DNA of 64,000 nt from assembly GCA_965153285.1 (NCBI GenBank), contig OZ229111.1, one strand, 5' to 3'. Below, piece by piece: positions 61,901 to 64,000 of this stretch. Position 1 is the stretch's first letter; every line of letters begins with the position of its first letter. Under the pieces are notes generated by a model that was given only the letters and a program-made list of their open reading frames with translations, made no database searches and was not told the origin of the DNA. Position numbers and translations under genes: made by a program. Source of the stretch: Podarcis tiliguerta. Its lineage: Eukaryota.

Positions 61901-63131
61901 CCTAATTGCTCCCACAAGGGGTGGCAGAAATAGAGCCTCGGAAGCAGATCTCTCAGTACTTGTGTGTGAAGGTAATGCTGGTTTCTGTCTGCAGCCACAG
62001 AAAGTGTGGGTGAGTAGTCGCTGCCAGGGGCCTGGAAGCTGGTCTTAATCACCAGCTTTGTAACCTGAACAAGCCCGGAATATAACCCAAGGATCTTGGG
62101 CAGTATCACTTTAAAAGGGTATGCAGATAGCAGAGCTTACGGTTTGGGAGACTGGGTATGCAAACATCTCCTCTGAATGAGTTACTATAATCCCCCTTGA
62201 TGCTCTAGTATTTTGCCCTGTGATAAGTAGCACGTGTATTCTGAATGCAGCAGGGCTGGAAACTATTTCTCTTCCTGCCTCTCACTAAATGAGACAAAGC
62301 AGAATTTGGTGAAACCAGAAGAGAGAAAGCTGAATTTCCGTACGAACTGAAATATTTTGTCATGTGGCAGCAAATAACTGGCAGAGAAAGCAGCTGCGGT
62401 CACCCAGCCAAGGACCTCAGCAGGCTGAAGGTGCAAACCCCTTCCCTCTTGTGCTCTCCCCTCCCCCTTCCTCCCCTCTCCCCGTGAGAACACAGGAACT
62501 TTAGCAGGTGCCGGATACAGCCCAGCTCATGGTAAGGCGGAACAGGCCATCCGCTTTGGTATCCTGTCTCCAGGGGTAGCTGATGCACAGGAAATCGACC
62601 TAACTGCACTGCATTTGGTGTGCCAGGCCTCCTTTGCTCTGCAGCCCCCATATCCTGGCTTAGATGTGTTTTCCTCCCCTCCTCCTCCCCGCTCTCTGTC
62701 CTTCAGCCTGTGCCTTTAGGGGGTGGAGGGAGTTCAGATTCCTGGCAGAGAGTCACACTGTGTGAGTGGGAGCCATTAGCTATGCTGCCTTTGTTCTGCT
62801 GGAGATGTGCTTGGGGCGTTATCAAAGACCCTTCTGTCTTTTCACAGGGGGAGTGTCTTGCACAGGCAATGGCGTGACAGGGCCCCTAGGTGCAATGCAG
62901 AATCGCCTGGGCTCTCTGAGGGTTTCCCACACAGCTAGAAAGCTTAAGGGAGGGGGGCAGGGGAGGAAGACTGTGGAAACATTGGAATTCACACACATCT
63001 TCAGCTGGTACAAGTCTGGTATAATATTGCAAACAGGGGGGAGAAAACTGGGGGTTTTAGTTTTCCAGGTGCCTTGCACTTCATTTGAGGTGGGAGGGAG
63101 AAACCATACAGAGCATATGCTAAATAACTAT

Positions 63132-63813
63132 TGTGATAGGAATTTTATGGTATTAGATATATGGTAATGTTCATAACTGCACATACACAGATCAACACAG
63201 GAAGACCAACCTGGAACCATTTTGATTCCTAAACTGACCAAATCCTTTCTCTGTGGAAAAGCCTCCCCATTGTCTTTCCTCACAAATCTTGTCTCAAGGA
63301 TATGTCTGTTTGAATAAGGTGTGAACCTGTGACCTGGCCCAGGAAATAAGTGGCCAGGAAATAAGTATTTTAGCACTACAAAAGAATGGTCAGGCACCCC
63401 AGACAATCCAATCAAGTAACTTGTCAGACAGGAGATAGTAGAGGTGAGAGGAGAAAAACAACATTTAAATTCCTGTGATGTATGCATGTACCTGAGGGGT
63501 GGTCTTAGGTTAACACTCCTTCTGTAATGTATGCATGTTTCTGGGGGTGGTCCTGATCTAGAGAATGGGATTTTCAAAAGTCTTTATAAGCTCTGGCACA
63601 GCAATTCGGAGGGGTCCTCTTCCTCTCCTGCGTGTGAGGGGAGCACCCTGTTGCAACAGATCAATAAAGATCAAGCTTACTAGCTGCTTTGCTTCTCAAT
63701 ATTCTCTGGTTGGCCTCTGTTATTTTCTCCTACCAATAGGGAACCTATGTAAGGACTCTATATGGGCTCTTGGATACCCCATAAGGGAAAAGGGCATATT
63801 TTTATTTACAACA
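63132..63813 (+). mobile_element. Solo LTR of an endogenous retrovirus (ERV1-like, 682 bp)
   Basis: TG...CA ends and 4-bp TSD CTAT (63128-63131, 63814-63817). TATA-like TTTATAAG ~63583, AATAAA 63663-63668, U3-like direct repeats GGCC(C)AGGAAATAAGT. Confidence 0.82.
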
Positions 63814-64000
63814 CTATGTTGCATAACAAATGACATGTCAGAAGGAACCCAGAGCTGTGGGATGTTTTCACTGTCCTTTTGCTTCCACATATAAGCAGCA
63901 GCCTTATGCAGAGGCATATTGTAGCCTGTGAGCTGCTGTGAGTCAGAGCAGATTTTCAAGATACTGAGCAGACTCTTACCTCATCCCTCCTACCTGAGAT

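Overview
Vertebrate genomic DNA, most likely from a lacertid-type lizard (Sauria SINEs, a (CTT)n-tailed SINE, CR1/L2/DIRS fragments). It is orthologous to human 19p13.13. Four intron-containing genes can be reconstructed with GT-AG junctions and consistent frames: the 3' part of TNPO2 (+, 20 coding exons, stop at 23364, plus a 3'UTR exon to ~27.2 kb), complete FBXW9 (+, 466 aa), complete WDR83/MORG1 (-, 316 aa) and complete WDR83OS/Asterix (+, 106 aa, head-to-head with WDR83). Three TNPO2 introns each carry a box C/D snoRNA: a canonical SNORD41, a SNORD41 paralogue mutated exactly at the target-pairing (-5) guide position, and a third guide complementary to an 18S rRNA site (about C346, human numbering from memory). 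DHPS, which lies between FBXW9 and WDR83 in human, is absent. A third CpG-island promoter at ~56 kb has no recognisable coding gene. The rest is MITEs, SINEs, LINE fragments and solo LTRs. Most entries in the supplied ORF track are spurious or are exon fragments. Homology calls come from recalled sequences, not from searches.
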